DNA from: Candidatus Anstonellales archaeon
GTDB lineage: Archaea > Micrarchaeota > Micrarchaeia > Anstonellales > CG1-02-47-40
Assembly (NCBI GenBank): GCA_038869735.1
Contig: JAWCQO010000001.1
Location: forward strand, 8,684 to 72,683
Direction: 5' to 3'
DNA: 64,000 nt
In this document: positions 48,922 through 58,417 of the stretch, in pieces
Numbering within the stretch: the first letter of the stretch is position 1
How the letters are laid out: each line of letters begins with the position of its first letter
Program-made: the position numbers and the translations under genes
Notes under the pieces: generated by a model
Seen by the model: only the letters and a program-made list of their open reading frames with translations
Database searches by the model: none
Told to the model about the DNA's origin: nothing

Positions 48922-50028
48922 GTGAACTCGAAAAATTTGAACGCTGCTCTTGTGCTTTCTGACGGCTCTTATTTTTTTGGAAGTGGATTTGGAGCAGAAG
49001 GTGAAAGTTGTGGCGAGCTTGTCTTTAATACTTCGATGATGGGTTATCAAGAGGCATTGAGCGACCCGTCGTATGCAGGCCAGATACTCCTTATGTGTTA
49101 TCCGCTTATAGGAAACTACGGTGTGAACGAGACGTATTTTGAAAGCAAAAAGATTCATGTAAGAGGTTTTTGTGTCTTTGAAGCGTCTGAAAGGTATGAG
49201 CATTACACCGCAAAAAAAAGCATCTCAGAATTCTTGGAAGAATTTGGAATTCCAGGAATTCAAGGGATAGATACGAGACATATTGTAAAGAAGATAAGAG
49301 ATGGAGGGGTGATGCCTGCTGCGCTTGGAGTCTATAGCGGAAAGCCGGATTTGGATAAACTTCTTTCTTTAGCAAGGAGTGTGGATTATTCAAAGACAGA
49401 TTTTGTAAAGGAAGTAACTACAAAGGAACCTTATGTGATTGAACCGTCTTCAAAATCGTTTGATAGACGGCCTCCAACTGTTGTTTTAATAGATTGCGGA
49501 GTAAAGGCGGGAATTATAAGGCAGCTTAAAGAACGAGATGTGCGTGTGGTAGTTGTACCCGCGTTTTCAAGCGAAAGAGAAATCCGGAGTTTTGAACCAG
49601 ATGGCATAGTGGTGTCAAATGGACCGGGCGATCCTGCGCTTTTAAAGGACATAACGAAGGTTATGCGCAAACTCTTTGATTTGCCGATATTTGGGATATG
49701 TCTTGGACATCAGCTTTTGGGACAAGCTGCTGGAGCACGAACATATAAATTAAAATTCGGGCACCGGGGTGCAAATCATCCAGTACTAGACAAGAAAACT
49801 AAAAAAGTTGCAATCACAAGTCAAAATCACGGATATGCTGTAGACGCAAATGAAGTTAGTGATGAATTTGAAGAAACACACATAAATTTAAATGATGGGA
49901 CAAACGAAGGATTAATGCACAAATCACTTCCCATATTTTCTGTGCAGTATCATCCGGAAGCGTCCCCTGGACCGCAAGACTCTAAACATCTGTTTGATGT
50001 GTTTGTAAAATATTTAAAAGAGGAGTAG
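48922..50028 (+). CDS. carA: Carbamoyl-phosphate synthase small subunit
   Basis: GELVFNTSMMGYQE, SNGPGDP, GICLGHQ, QYHPEASPGP. Confidence 0.97.
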   Translation: MNSKNLNAALVLSDGSYFFGSGFGAEGESCGELVFNTSMMGYQEALSDPSYAGQILLMCYPLIGNYGVNETYFESKKIHVRGFCVFEASERYEHYTAKKSISEFLEEFGIPGIQGIDTRHIVKKIRDGGVMPAALGVYSGKPDLDKLLSLARSVDYSKTDFVKEVTTKEPYVIEPSSKSFDRRPPTVVLIDCGVKAGIIRQLKERDVRVVVVPAFSSEREIRSFEPDGIVVSNGPGDPALLKDITKVMRKLFDLPIFGICLGHQLLGQAAGARTYKLKFGHRGANHPVLDKKTKKVAITSQNHGYAVDANEVSDEFEETHINLNDGTNEGLMHKSLPIFSVQYHPEASPGPQDSKHLFDVFVKYLKEE

Positions 50029-50030
50029 AT

Positions 50031-50942
50031 ATGGACTTGTTGAGGACAGATGAGCTTGAACTGCACGATATTGAGGAAATCCTACAAATGGCCCAGAGGT
50101 TAAAAGCTGATTACAAAAATGGGAAGACGTCAAATATTCTTCAAAACCGGGTACTTGTAATGATATTTGAAAAGCCGTCAACAAGAACGCGAGTTTCGTT
50201 TGAAGCAGGAATGGCGCAGCTTGGCGGGCATGCTATATTTCTTGACTTTTTTGTTTCTCAGATATCAAGGGGAGAGACGATGTACGACACAGGTGCAGTG
50301 TTAGGGCAGTATTCTGATCTAATCATGGCTCGCCTCAACAAGCATGTTGACCTGGAAGAGCTTGCAAGGGGGTCACGAGTTCCTGTGATAAATGGATTGA
50401 CAGAGTTGGATCATCCTTGCCAGGCTTTGGCTGATTTGCTTACAATGAAGGAAAGAGGGAGAATGCATAGGAATGCAAAAGTTGTATTTGCAGGTGATTG
50501 CGGGTATAACATGGCAAATGCGCTTATGGTAGCATGTACAACTGTTGGCATGGATGTAACGCTGGCATGCCCTTCAGAATGCGAGATAAATGCTACTTAT
50601 CTTGCAAGTGCAAGAAGGCTGGGCAAAGTCGAGATTGTCCATGACATAATGCAAGCGGCAAAGGATGCTGATGTAGTTTATACAGATACGTGGGTTTCTA
50701 TGGGCCAGGAAAAGGAGAGAGAAAAAAGATTAAAGATGTTTATGCCGTTTCAGATAAACAGGAAGGTTATGGAAGTTGCTAAAAAGGATGCAATTTTTAT
50801 GCACTGCCTTCCCGCTCACAGGGGCGAAGAGGTAACTACTGAAGTAATAGACGGGCCTCAATCTGTTGTATACGAAGAAGCAGAAAATAGACTACACGTA
50901 CAGAAAGCGCTTATGCTCTATCTACTTGGAAAAAAGTATTGA
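50031..50942 (+). CDS. argF: Ornithine carbamoyltransferase
   Basis: FEKPSTRTR, HPCQ, TDTWVSMG, HCLP. Confidence 0.96.
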   Translation: MDLLRTDELELHDIEEILQMAQRLKADYKNGKTSNILQNRVLVMIFEKPSTRTRVSFEAGMAQLGGHAIFLDFFVSQISRGETMYDTGAVLGQYSDLIMARLNKHVDLEELARGSRVPVINGLTELDHPCQALADLLTMKERGRMHRNAKVVFAGDCGYNMANALMVACTTVGMDVTLACPSECEINATYLASARRLGKVEIVHDIMQAAKDADVVYTDTWVSMGQEKEREKRLKMFMPFQINRKVMEVAKKDAIFMHCLPAHRGEEVTTEVIDGPQSVVYEEAENRLHVQKALMLYLLGKKY

Positions 50943-50975
50943 AACAAGAAAGGCACAAACAAGAGAGGAGATATC

Positions 50976-53900
50976 ATGCCAAAAGATGCATCCATAAAAA
51001 AAGTTTTAATTATAGGCTCTGGGCCTATAGTTATAGGACAGTCAGCTGAATTTGATTATTCTGGATCTCAGGCTTGTACTGCATTGAAAGAGGAAGGAGT
51101 TCGCACAGTACTCGTGAATTCAAATCCTGCCACTATCCAAACAGATAAAGAAATTGCTGATATCATTTATATTGAGCCGCTCAGATCGGAGTTTGTAGAA
51201 AAAATTATTAAAAAAGAAAGACCTGACGGAATTATCGCAACAATGGGTGGGCAGACTGCACTAAACCTTGCAAAAGAGCTTCATGACAAGAAAATCCTGG
51301 AAAAGTATGGAGTAAGGGTTCTTGGAACCGGCGTTTCCACAATTGAGCTTGCAGAGGATAGGGAGAAGTTCAAAGAAACTCTGTCCAAGATAAATCAACC
51401 GTATCTACGTAGCGCGGCCGTTTCGAATTTTGATGAAGCGGAACGGTTTCTTCATGAAATTTCATTTCCAGTTATTTTGAGACCAGCCTACACGCTTGGG
51501 GGGACGGGGGGTGGAAAGGCAAACAACATGAGCGAATTTGAACATCTTCTATCTCTTGGACTTAGGATAAGTCCTATAGGCCAAGTACTTGTTGAAGAAA
51601 GTGTCGCTGGCTGGGCTGAGCTAGAGTACGAAGTCCTGCGAGATGCCCAGGATAACTGCATATGCATATGCAACATGGAGAATGTTGATCCGATGGGCAT
51701 ACATACTGGCGAGAGCATAGTCGTAGCGCCTTCACAGACCCTCTCTGATGTTGAGCACCAAATGTTAAGGAAGGCCTCAATAGATATTGTAAGGGCGCTT
51801 GGAGTAGTTGGCGGATGTAATGTCCAATTTGCTCTGGACCAAAAAACAGGAAGGTATGTGGTTGTTGAAGTAAATCCACGCCTCTCAAGATCAAGTGCAC
51901 TTGCATCGAAAGCAACCGGCTACCCAATTGCAAGAATTGCGGCAAAGCTGGCTCTGGGATACTCGTTATACGAGCTAAGGAACATGGTTACTGGCACTAC
52001 GCCTGCTTCCTTTGAACCTGCGTTGGATTATGTGGTAACTAAAATCCCCCGATGGCCTTTTGACAAGATTCCGGAATGTTCTCGCACAATTGGCACACAA
52101 ATGAAAAGCACCGGCGAAGTGATGGCAATAGGGAGAAGTTTTGAGGAATCCCTACAGAAAGCTTTGCGGTCTCTTGAAATTAAAAAGCCAAAAATAAAAG
52201 AAAATGAGATAGAGGAACACCTCTCCAGACCGACTGATTTTCGTATTTTTGCAATTTTTGAGGCGTTTAGAAGAGGGTGGAGCATTGAACAGGTTTATCG
52301 GGTTACGGCCATAAACCGCTGGTTCTTGAACAAAATCAAGGGTATAATAGATATTGAAAAGGAGTTGGAGTCAGGTGGCCCTGAAAGGGAAATCCTTAAA
52401 AGGGCAAAAAAGATGGGCTTTTCTGATGCTCAAATTGGGGAGCTCTGCAGGATAGATGAGATGGAGGTTAGGAGAAAAAGAAAGGAATGGGGGATTATGC
52501 CGGTGTACAAGATGGTTGATACCTGCGCAGCCGAATTTGAGGCAAAAACCCCGTACTACTATTCAACTTATAGCGGCACCGAAGATGAAGTCCAGGAATC
52601 GGGTAACGAGAATTCTTTAAAACTGCGGAAAGGGAAGGTTTTGGTAGTGGGTTCTGGTCCTATAAGGATTGGGCAGGGGATAGAGTTTGATTATTGTTGC
52701 TGCCATGCGTCCTTTACGCTTAGGGAGTGTGGGTATGAATCCATTATGATAAACAACAATCCAGAAACAATAAGTACTGATTTTGACGCTTCAGATAGAC
52801 TTTATTTTGAACCGCTTACCTTTGAGGACGTGATGAATGTAATAGAGAGGGAGAAGCCTGATGGAGTCATAGTTCAATTTGGAGGGCAGACTTCAATAAA
52901 TCTTGCACAACCGCTTGCAACTGCAGGTGTGAAGATACTTGGGACGCAGGCAGAGGACATAGACACTGCTGAAGATAGAGAGAGGTTTAGAAAGTTTTTA
53001 GAGAGCCTTGGAATAAATCAACCAGAAAATGGGAGTGCAACCAGTGAAGAGGAAGCTCTTTCCGTTGCAAGAAGAGTAGGTTACCCTGTAATCGTGAGGC
53101 CAAGTTACGTGATTGCTGGAAGGGCAATGAAGATTGTTTATTCAGATGATGAACTAAGAAGATATATTGAAGAATCTGTTGAGGTTTCAAACAATCATCC
53201 AGTTTTGATAGATAAATATATAGAAAAAGCAGTCGAGTGTGAGATTGATGGAGTAAGCGATGGAGAAGAACTTTTTGTTGGTGGAATAATGGAGCATATA
53301 GAACGTGCAGGAGTTCATTCGGGTGATGCTAGTTGTGTTACTCCGCCCATTAAACTTATCCCTGAGGTACAGAAAAAAATTTTGGAATATTCTAAAAAGA
53401 TAGCGTTGGGGATGAAAAATATTGGTGCAATAAATATACAGTACGTAGTAAAAGATAATGTAGTTTATGTGCTTGAAGCAAATCCGAGAGCTTCGCGGAC
53501 AATTCCATATTTGAGCAAAGCAATAAACGTGCCGCTTGCTAAGATAGCTACTAAAGTTATTTTAGGAAAAAAACTCTCTGAGCTCTCACTTCCAAAAGGA
53601 GGTTCTGCAAAAATTTCTCATTATGCAGTAAAAAGCGTGGTTTTTCCCTTCTTAAAAATGCCGGGAGTTGATTTCGTACTTGGACCTGAAATGAGGAGTA
53701 CGGGCGAGGCGATGGGGATCGACTATGATTTTGGAGTAGCATATTACAAATCCCTTCTTGGGGCTAATTTGAACATTCCTATACGTGGGGCTGTGCTTAT
53801 AAGCTTAAAGAAAGAACACCAAGAGCATGCTTATGAGCTTGGAAAAAGATTTTCCGCCCTTGGTTTTGTAGTCTGTGCCACGGAAGGAACTGCAAAGCGC

Positions 53901-54188
53901 ATAGGAAACGCTGTCGTTTTGAATAAGGCAGGAGAAGGCGAACCAAACGTTATTTCTAGCATAAAAAATGGTATGATATCGTTAGTAATAAACACTCCCT
54001 CTAAGGGTAAGGATGCCCAAACCGATGGGTTTAAAATTAGGAGGGTAGCGATTGAGAGCAATATTGCATGCATAACAAACCTTGAAGCGGCCTTTGCACT
54101 TCTTGATGCGATGGAATCTGTAAAAAGAAATGGCGATGTCGGAGTACGTATGTTGGATGAGTTTAATGAAATGGAAAAAAGAGGATAG
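50976..54188 (+). CDS. carB: Carbamoyl-phosphate synthase large subunit
   Basis: Duplicated GSGPI..EFDY ATP-grasp halves; C-terminal MGS domain. Confidence 0.98.
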   Translation: MPKDASIKKVLIIGSGPIVIGQSAEFDYSGSQACTALKEEGVRTVLVNSNPATIQTDKEIADIIYIEPLRSEFVEKIIKKERPDGIIATMGGQTALNLAKELHDKKILEKYGVRVLGTGVSTIELAEDREKFKETLSKINQPYLRSAAVSNFDEAERFLHEISFPVILRPAYTLGGTGGGKANNMSEFEHLLSLGLRISPIGQVLVEESVAGWAELEYEVLRDAQDNCICICNMENVDPMGIHTGESIVVAPSQTLSDVEHQMLRKASIDIVRALGVVGGCNVQFALDQKTGRYVVVEVNPRLSRSSALASKATGYPIARIAAKLALGYSLYELRNMVTGTTPASFEPALDYVVTKIPRWPFDKIPECSRTIGTQMKSTGEVMAIGRSFEESLQKALRSLEIKKPKIKENEIEEHLSRPTDFRIFAIFEAFRRGWSIEQVYRVTAINRWFLNKIKGIIDIEKELESGGPEREILKRAKKMGFSDAQIGELCRIDEMEVRRKRKEWGIMPVYKMVDTCAAEFEAKTPYYYSTYSGTEDEVQESGNENSLKLRKGKVLVVGSGPIRIGQGIEFDYCCCHASFTLRECGYESIMINNNPETISTDFDASDRLYFEPLTFEDVMNVIEREKPDGVIVQFGGQTSINLAQPLATAGVKILGTQAEDIDTAEDRERFRKFLESLGINQPENGSATSEEEALSVARRVGYPVIVRPSYVIAGRAMKIVYSDDELRRYIEESVEVSNNHPVLIDKYIEKAVECEIDGVSDGEELFVGGIMEHIERAGVHSGDASCVTPPIKLIPEVQKKILEYSKKIALGMKNIGAINIQYVVKDNVVYVLEANPRASRTIPYLSKAINVPLAKIATKVILGKKLSELSLPKGGSAKISHYAVKSVVFPFLKMPGVDFVLGPEMRSTGEAMGIDYDFGVAYYKSLLGANLNIPIRGAVLISLKKEHQEHAYELGKRFSALGFVVCATEGTAKRIGNAVVLNKAGEGEPNVISSIKNGMISLVINTPSKGKDAQTDGFKIRRVAIESNIACITNLEAAFALLDAMESVKRNGDVGVRMLDEFNEMEKRG

Positions 54189-54720
54189 GATAGATTGCGC
54201 ATTTATTGCGGGCGCTATATTTTCTCTCTGCTTTATGACAATTCTTTTAATACTGTTCAGCGACTTGGTTCTTCCTCTTTTTGGAGCCACACATGCCACA
54301 CCTGTCTTTTCTCCAGGGGCTGAAAAAGACATAATAAGCCTTATCGATTCTGCAAGGGAAAGCATTGATATTGAAGTGTATTTATTCACAAATGAAAAGG
54401 CGTCATCAGCCTTAATTGAAGCAAAAAAGCGAGGGGTTCGTGTGCGCCTTATAGTTGAAAGGCGAACAGATGCTGATAAAGAATGGAAGTTGATAGAGAA
54501 AATGGCACAAGAAGGGATTGAGATTAAGATGGCAAGCCAGCGATTTACGCTTACTCATTCAAAATTTATGATTATTGATGGAAGAAGAGCATTGGTTGGC
54601 AGTATGAACTTCTCTGGATCCGCTTTTGCTACCAATCGCGAAGCAGGAGTAATTCTAAGTGGAAAGATAGTAGATGAATATAAAAAAATATTTGAAGAAG
54701 ATTGGCAAGAAGCTACGTAG
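54166..54720 (+). CDS. Membrane-anchored single-HKD phospholipase D/nuclease family protein
   Basis: N-terminal TM, HSKFMIID..GSMN..NRE; start set to ATG 54166. Confidence 0.82.
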   Translation: MKWKKEDRIDCAFIAGAIFSLCFMTILLILFSDLVLPLFGATHATPVFSPGAEKDIISLIDSARESIDIEVYLFTNEKASSALIEAKKRGVRVRLIVERRTDADKEWKLIEKMAQEGIEIKMASQRFTLTHSKFMIIDGRRALVGSMNFSGSAFATNREAGVILSGKIVDEYKKIFEEDWQEAT

Positions 54721-54721
54721 T

Positions 54722-54735
54722 CCATATTAATATGG
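54722..54735. promoter_or_regulatory. Perfect 14-bp palindrome over a TATA-like element
   Basis: CCATATTAATATGG about 20 nt upstream of ATG 54755. Confidence 0.45.
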
Positions 54736-54754
54736 GACTCTAGAGGATTTTAGA

Positions 54755-55858
54755 ATGAAAAAGAAAGGGATAAGCATAACAGGAGCAGGACCGGCTGGTT
54801 TGTCTGCGGCAATAAACTTGGCAGACCAGTTTGAAGTAGAAGTTTTTGAAAAGGAAAAAGATGTTGGAATGAAATGGGAGGGGAGTCTTCAATTTCTTGA
54901 AAATTATACCAGCCAAAGAGATGTTTTCGATTGGCTTGAGGATGTTGGGATAGAGCCCAACTTTTACTCAAAGCCCTTCTTTGATATCGAAGTGATAGCG
55001 GGAAGAGATAAGGACGCCGTCCTATCTTCAAAAAAGCCTTTATGGTATGTTGTGCGTAGAGGAAATCAAAAGGGGATGCTGGATTATGCACTCAAAAAAC
55101 AGGCTGAAAGAAAAGGGGTAAAGATAAATTTTATGTCTAGGTGTAAGGAACCGCAGATTATTGCAACTGGACCATCATCTGTGGAAGGATTAGCAAGGGA
55201 GGCTATTTTTGAAACTCGGCTAGAGGATACGTTCTTAGTTTTTTTGGACAACGAAATTGCACCAGGTGGCTATGCCTATTTGGTTGTTGCTGATAGAGTA
55301 GGTACAGTCTGTACTGCAATAACCAAGAATTTTGAGAATATTGATGCCTACTTCAAAAAGACTATCGAACGAGCAAGGGAAAAAAAAGATTTGGATATGA
55401 GGAATGCGAGAATAAAGACTAACTTCGTTTCTTTTTATTTAACTAAATCAGCAAAGGTAGGTAGTAGAATATATGTGGGGGAAGCGGCGGGATTTCAGGA
55501 TTTTGTATTTGGTTTTGGGTTGAGATATGCGATTTGTTCTGGATATCTTGCAGCTAGAAGCATAACTGAGAAGATGGACTACGACTTGCTTTGGAAAAGA
55601 GAGTTTGGAGAGATGTTGGAGCTTGGCATACTAAATCGCTGGATTTATGAATGGGGAGGGAATCCTTATTTAAAATTTTTATTGGAAGAGGCAAAAAGGA
55701 GAGGTGATTTCCGTAAATTTTTGAAAGACTTAAATACTGCTTCTTTCTCAAAAAAGCTTTTAATTCCACTTGCAAAAATAGGTCTAGGAAAGGCTGAAAG
55801 GTGTAATCACATAGAAAACTGTGTTTGGTGTCCACGGAAAAAAAGATGGGTGGCTTGA
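54755..55858 (+). CDS. Geranylgeranyl-reductase-like FAD oxidoreductase
   Basis: GAGPAG, APGGYAY, VGEAAG..GFGLRYAI. Confidence 0.75.
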   Translation: MKKKGISITGAGPAGLSAAINLADQFEVEVFEKEKDVGMKWEGSLQFLENYTSQRDVFDWLEDVGIEPNFYSKPFFDIEVIAGRDKDAVLSSKKPLWYVVRRGNQKGMLDYALKKQAERKGVKINFMSRCKEPQIIATGPSSVEGLAREAIFETRLEDTFLVFLDNEIAPGGYAYLVVADRVGTVCTAITKNFENIDAYFKKTIERAREKKDLDMRNARIKTNFVSFYLTKSAKVGSRIYVGEAAGFQDFVFGFGLRYAICSGYLAARSITEKMDYDLLWKREFGEMLELGILNRWIYEWGGNPYLKFLLEEAKRRGDFRKFLKDLNTASFSKKLLIPLAKIGLGKAERCNHIENCVWCPRKKRWVA

Positions 55859-56733
55859 TGGAAAGAGGAAAGTATAGGTTGGAGGAATGTTATGAATACT
55901 GCAAAAAGATAACGCGAGAACGGGGATCTAATTTTTATCTTGGCTTTTCGTTTCTTCCAAAGGAAAAGAGAAACGCTATATTTGCTTCATATGCATTTTG
56001 TAGATATGCGGACGACATAGTTGATGAATCTAGAAGTGTGGATCAAAAAAGTCTCCTTTTGAAGTGGAAGCGGGCATTGGAACTTTGCTATAGGGGAAAA
56101 GCAAACCATCCAATAACCATTGCTTTGCAGGATGCTGTAAAAAAATATGGGATACCCAAACAAGCATTTTTGGGGTTAATTGAGGGTTGTGAAATGGACT
56201 TGGCTATCAAGAGATACAACTCTTTTGAGGATCTTCTTAAATATTGCGAACGGGTTGCAGTTACGATGAGTACTATCTCGTTGCATATTTTTGGGATAAA
56301 AGATAAAAAAGCAGAGAAATATGGCAAGTATCTTAGCCTTGCACTTCAGCTTACAAATATACTTAGGGATGTTGGTGAGGACGCAAAAAGGGGGAGGATT
56401 TATATCCCAATCGAGGATTTAAGAAAGTACGGTTATTCAGAAGAGGAGCTTTTCAGCGAGGTATTAAACCCCCAATTTAGAAGACTTATGGAATTTCAAG
56501 TTAGAAGGGTAAAGGAATATTTCGAGAAAGCTGAAAAAGTTCTTTGTTGCATTGAAGAAGATTCCCGATTTGCAGCTCTGCTTATGGGTGCGGTTTATGC
56601 AAAAATCCTTGACAGCATTGAAAAAAGCGGCTATGATGTATTTTCAAAGACGTATGGCCTTAGTTTGATGGATAAAGCAATACTTATCCTAAAGATGATG
56701 ATTTACCCATCTTATACAAAAATTTGGAAATGA
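55858..56733 (+). CDS. Phytoene/squalene synthase (CrtB/HpnD family)
   Basis: YAFCRYADDIVD, ALQLTNILRDVGEDAKRGRIYIP; TGATG coupling to upstream gene. Confidence 0.92.
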   Translation: MERGKYRLEECYEYCKKITRERGSNFYLGFSFLPKEKRNAIFASYAFCRYADDIVDESRSVDQKSLLLKWKRALELCYRGKANHPITIALQDAVKKYGIPKQAFLGLIEGCEMDLAIKRYNSFEDLLKYCERVAVTMSTISLHIFGIKDKKAEKYGKYLSLALQLTNILRDVGEDAKRGRIYIPIEDLRKYGYSEEELFSEVLNPQFRRLMEFQVRRVKEYFEKAEKVLCCIEEDSRFAALLMGAVYAKILDSIEKSGYDVFSKTYGLSLMDKAILILKMMIYPSYTKIWK

Positions 56734-56779
56734 GAATAAGGATTGGAATTAATATTTTGTTTATCTGGTAGGTTGATAG

Positions 56780-57346
56780 TCATATTTTTCCGACAAGGTC
56801 TAAGCTTGGTCTTATTGTTTTTTTGCCAGGCTCCCAGCTTGCCGGACATACTTCCCCTTTTGTTTCGCGTATGAATTTGCAGGCCAAGAGCTTCCTAAAA
56901 GTTTCCTTTGCACTTCTTCCTATAGCGTTTTCGTTCATTTCAAGGCATTTGAGGACGCCATCAGGGTCTATTATAAATGTTGCTCGAAAGGAGATGCCCT
57001 CTTTTTCGATATACGTTCCAAATTCCTTGCAAATTCGCCCTGATGGATCAGCAAGCATGGGAAACTTCACTTTTTTTATAGCGGGGGAGTTATCGTGCCA
57101 AGCTTTGTGTACAAAGACGGTGTCAGTACTTATACTTAGGATCTCTGCACCTTCTTTTTTGAAATTATCATAAAGAGTTGCTAACTCTTCAAGCTCTGTG
57201 GGGCATACAAATGTAAAGTCTGCAGGGTAGAAAAAAAGAATTACCCACTTTCCTCCATAATCTGAAAGTTTTATGGTTTTTTCCCCTCCATCAACGAAGG
57301 CCTTGGCCTCAAAATCAGGCACTTTCTCCCCTAGTCTTACAACCAT
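56780..57346 (-). CDS. ahpC: 2-Cys peroxiredoxin
   Basis: FYPADFTFVCPTE, GEVCPASW. Confidence 0.94.
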   Translation of the reverse strand: MVVRLGEKVPDFEAKAFVDGGEKTIKLSDYGGKWVILFFYPADFTFVCPTELEELATLYDNFKKEGAEILSISTDTVFVHKAWHDNSPAIKKVKFPMLADPSGRICKEFGTYIEKEGISFRATFIIDPDGVLKCLEMNENAIGRSAKETFRKLLACKFIRETKGEVCPASWEPGKKTIRPSLDLVGKI

Positions 57347-57429
57347 TTAAATTTCACCTTTCCTAAAAGATTTATTTGGAATTAATTTGAATCTAATATT
57401 TATAACTTTTATTCTCATAGTGAAGGCAT

Positions 57430-57963
57430 ATGGAAGAAAAAAAAGATGAAGAGTTGGAGGTGCAGGGAAGGAAAGGTATTGCTTCAAGAGGCATCCCGTC
57501 TCATGAAGCCATGTACCTCCCCCCTCATGATAGTCACCATTTGAGAATTTTTCAAGATTCAAATGAGAATATAACAAGAAATCTATGGAGTTTGGAGGAG
57601 GTACTAAATTTTGTTTTTCCAAAAAAGTACCAGCAGAAGTATTATGCGTGTGCAACATCGTTTATTTCTTGTCTGGTGTCAAAATGTGAGATGAGTGGCT
57701 CTGACGTAAATGAATTTGTCAGGACATCTGGTGTATCGAAGGCAACGTTTTACAATAGGGTTTTACCCAGGCTCCGAAGAGTCGGTATGATAAAGGTTGA
57801 GAGGAAGACTGTCAGTTCGAAGGAGTCATCAAGGAAGTATAGACCGATGATTATAAGGATATCTAAGACATTTGGAAACTATTTAATAAAAATTGGGGAT
57901 TCCTGGCTTGCCATCGTTGACGATGCAAGAAGTAGGAAGGATAAGTTGTACGAATCTCCCTAG
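57430..57963 (+). CDS. Winged-helix protein
   Basis: GVSKATFYNRVLPRLRRVGMIKVER. Confidence 0.7.
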   Translation: MEEKKDEELEVQGRKGIASRGIPSHEAMYLPPHDSHHLRIFQDSNENITRNLWSLEEVLNFVFPKKYQQKYYACATSFISCLVSKCEMSGSDVNEFVRTSGVSKATFYNRVLPRLRRVGMIKVERKTVSSKESSRKYRPMIIRISKTFGNYLIKIGDSWLAIVDDARSRKDKLYESP

Positions 57964-58086
57964 AAGCACTGTAGACGCAATTTGTCAGGTTACAACTGCA
58001 ATTGACGAATATAGGCTACTCTTTTTTGGTAAATTTTTCTTTTAAGCTGATCTCTTCAATACAATTCATCAGCGAGGTGTTATTTA

Positions 58087-58409
58087 TGACTAGTATCGGA
58101 ACAATAAATCTGAAGAAAGGAATACTCAGAAGCCCAGAAATGCGTAGTGAAACTGGGGTCGAGAAAAAGAGGTCGTCATCGTTTTTGATAACAAAACCCC
58201 TCACAGAGGCAGCTATTCAAGCTATCAAAGCAACTCAATCAGATAGCAAAGACAAAAAAATCGAAAATGTTAGTGAGTATCACGATTGCAGAGACTGTGC
58301 GCCTTGGATCGGTGCGCCAGAGCCGCAAGTTAATGACGAAACAAAAAAAGAAAATGAACAACCAAAAAAATGGGATGCTGAGTGGTTTGGACTAAGCCCT
58401 ACATGTTAA
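58087..58409 (+). CDS. Hypothetical protein
   Basis: ATG 58087 after SD GAGGTG; one CxxC; low complexity. Confidence 0.45.
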
Positions 58410-58417
58410 TTGTGCCT

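Noticed and set aside
48607..49203. 198-aa minus-strand ORF and similar antisense ORFs in the track
   Set aside because: Shadows of well-supported genes on the opposite strand
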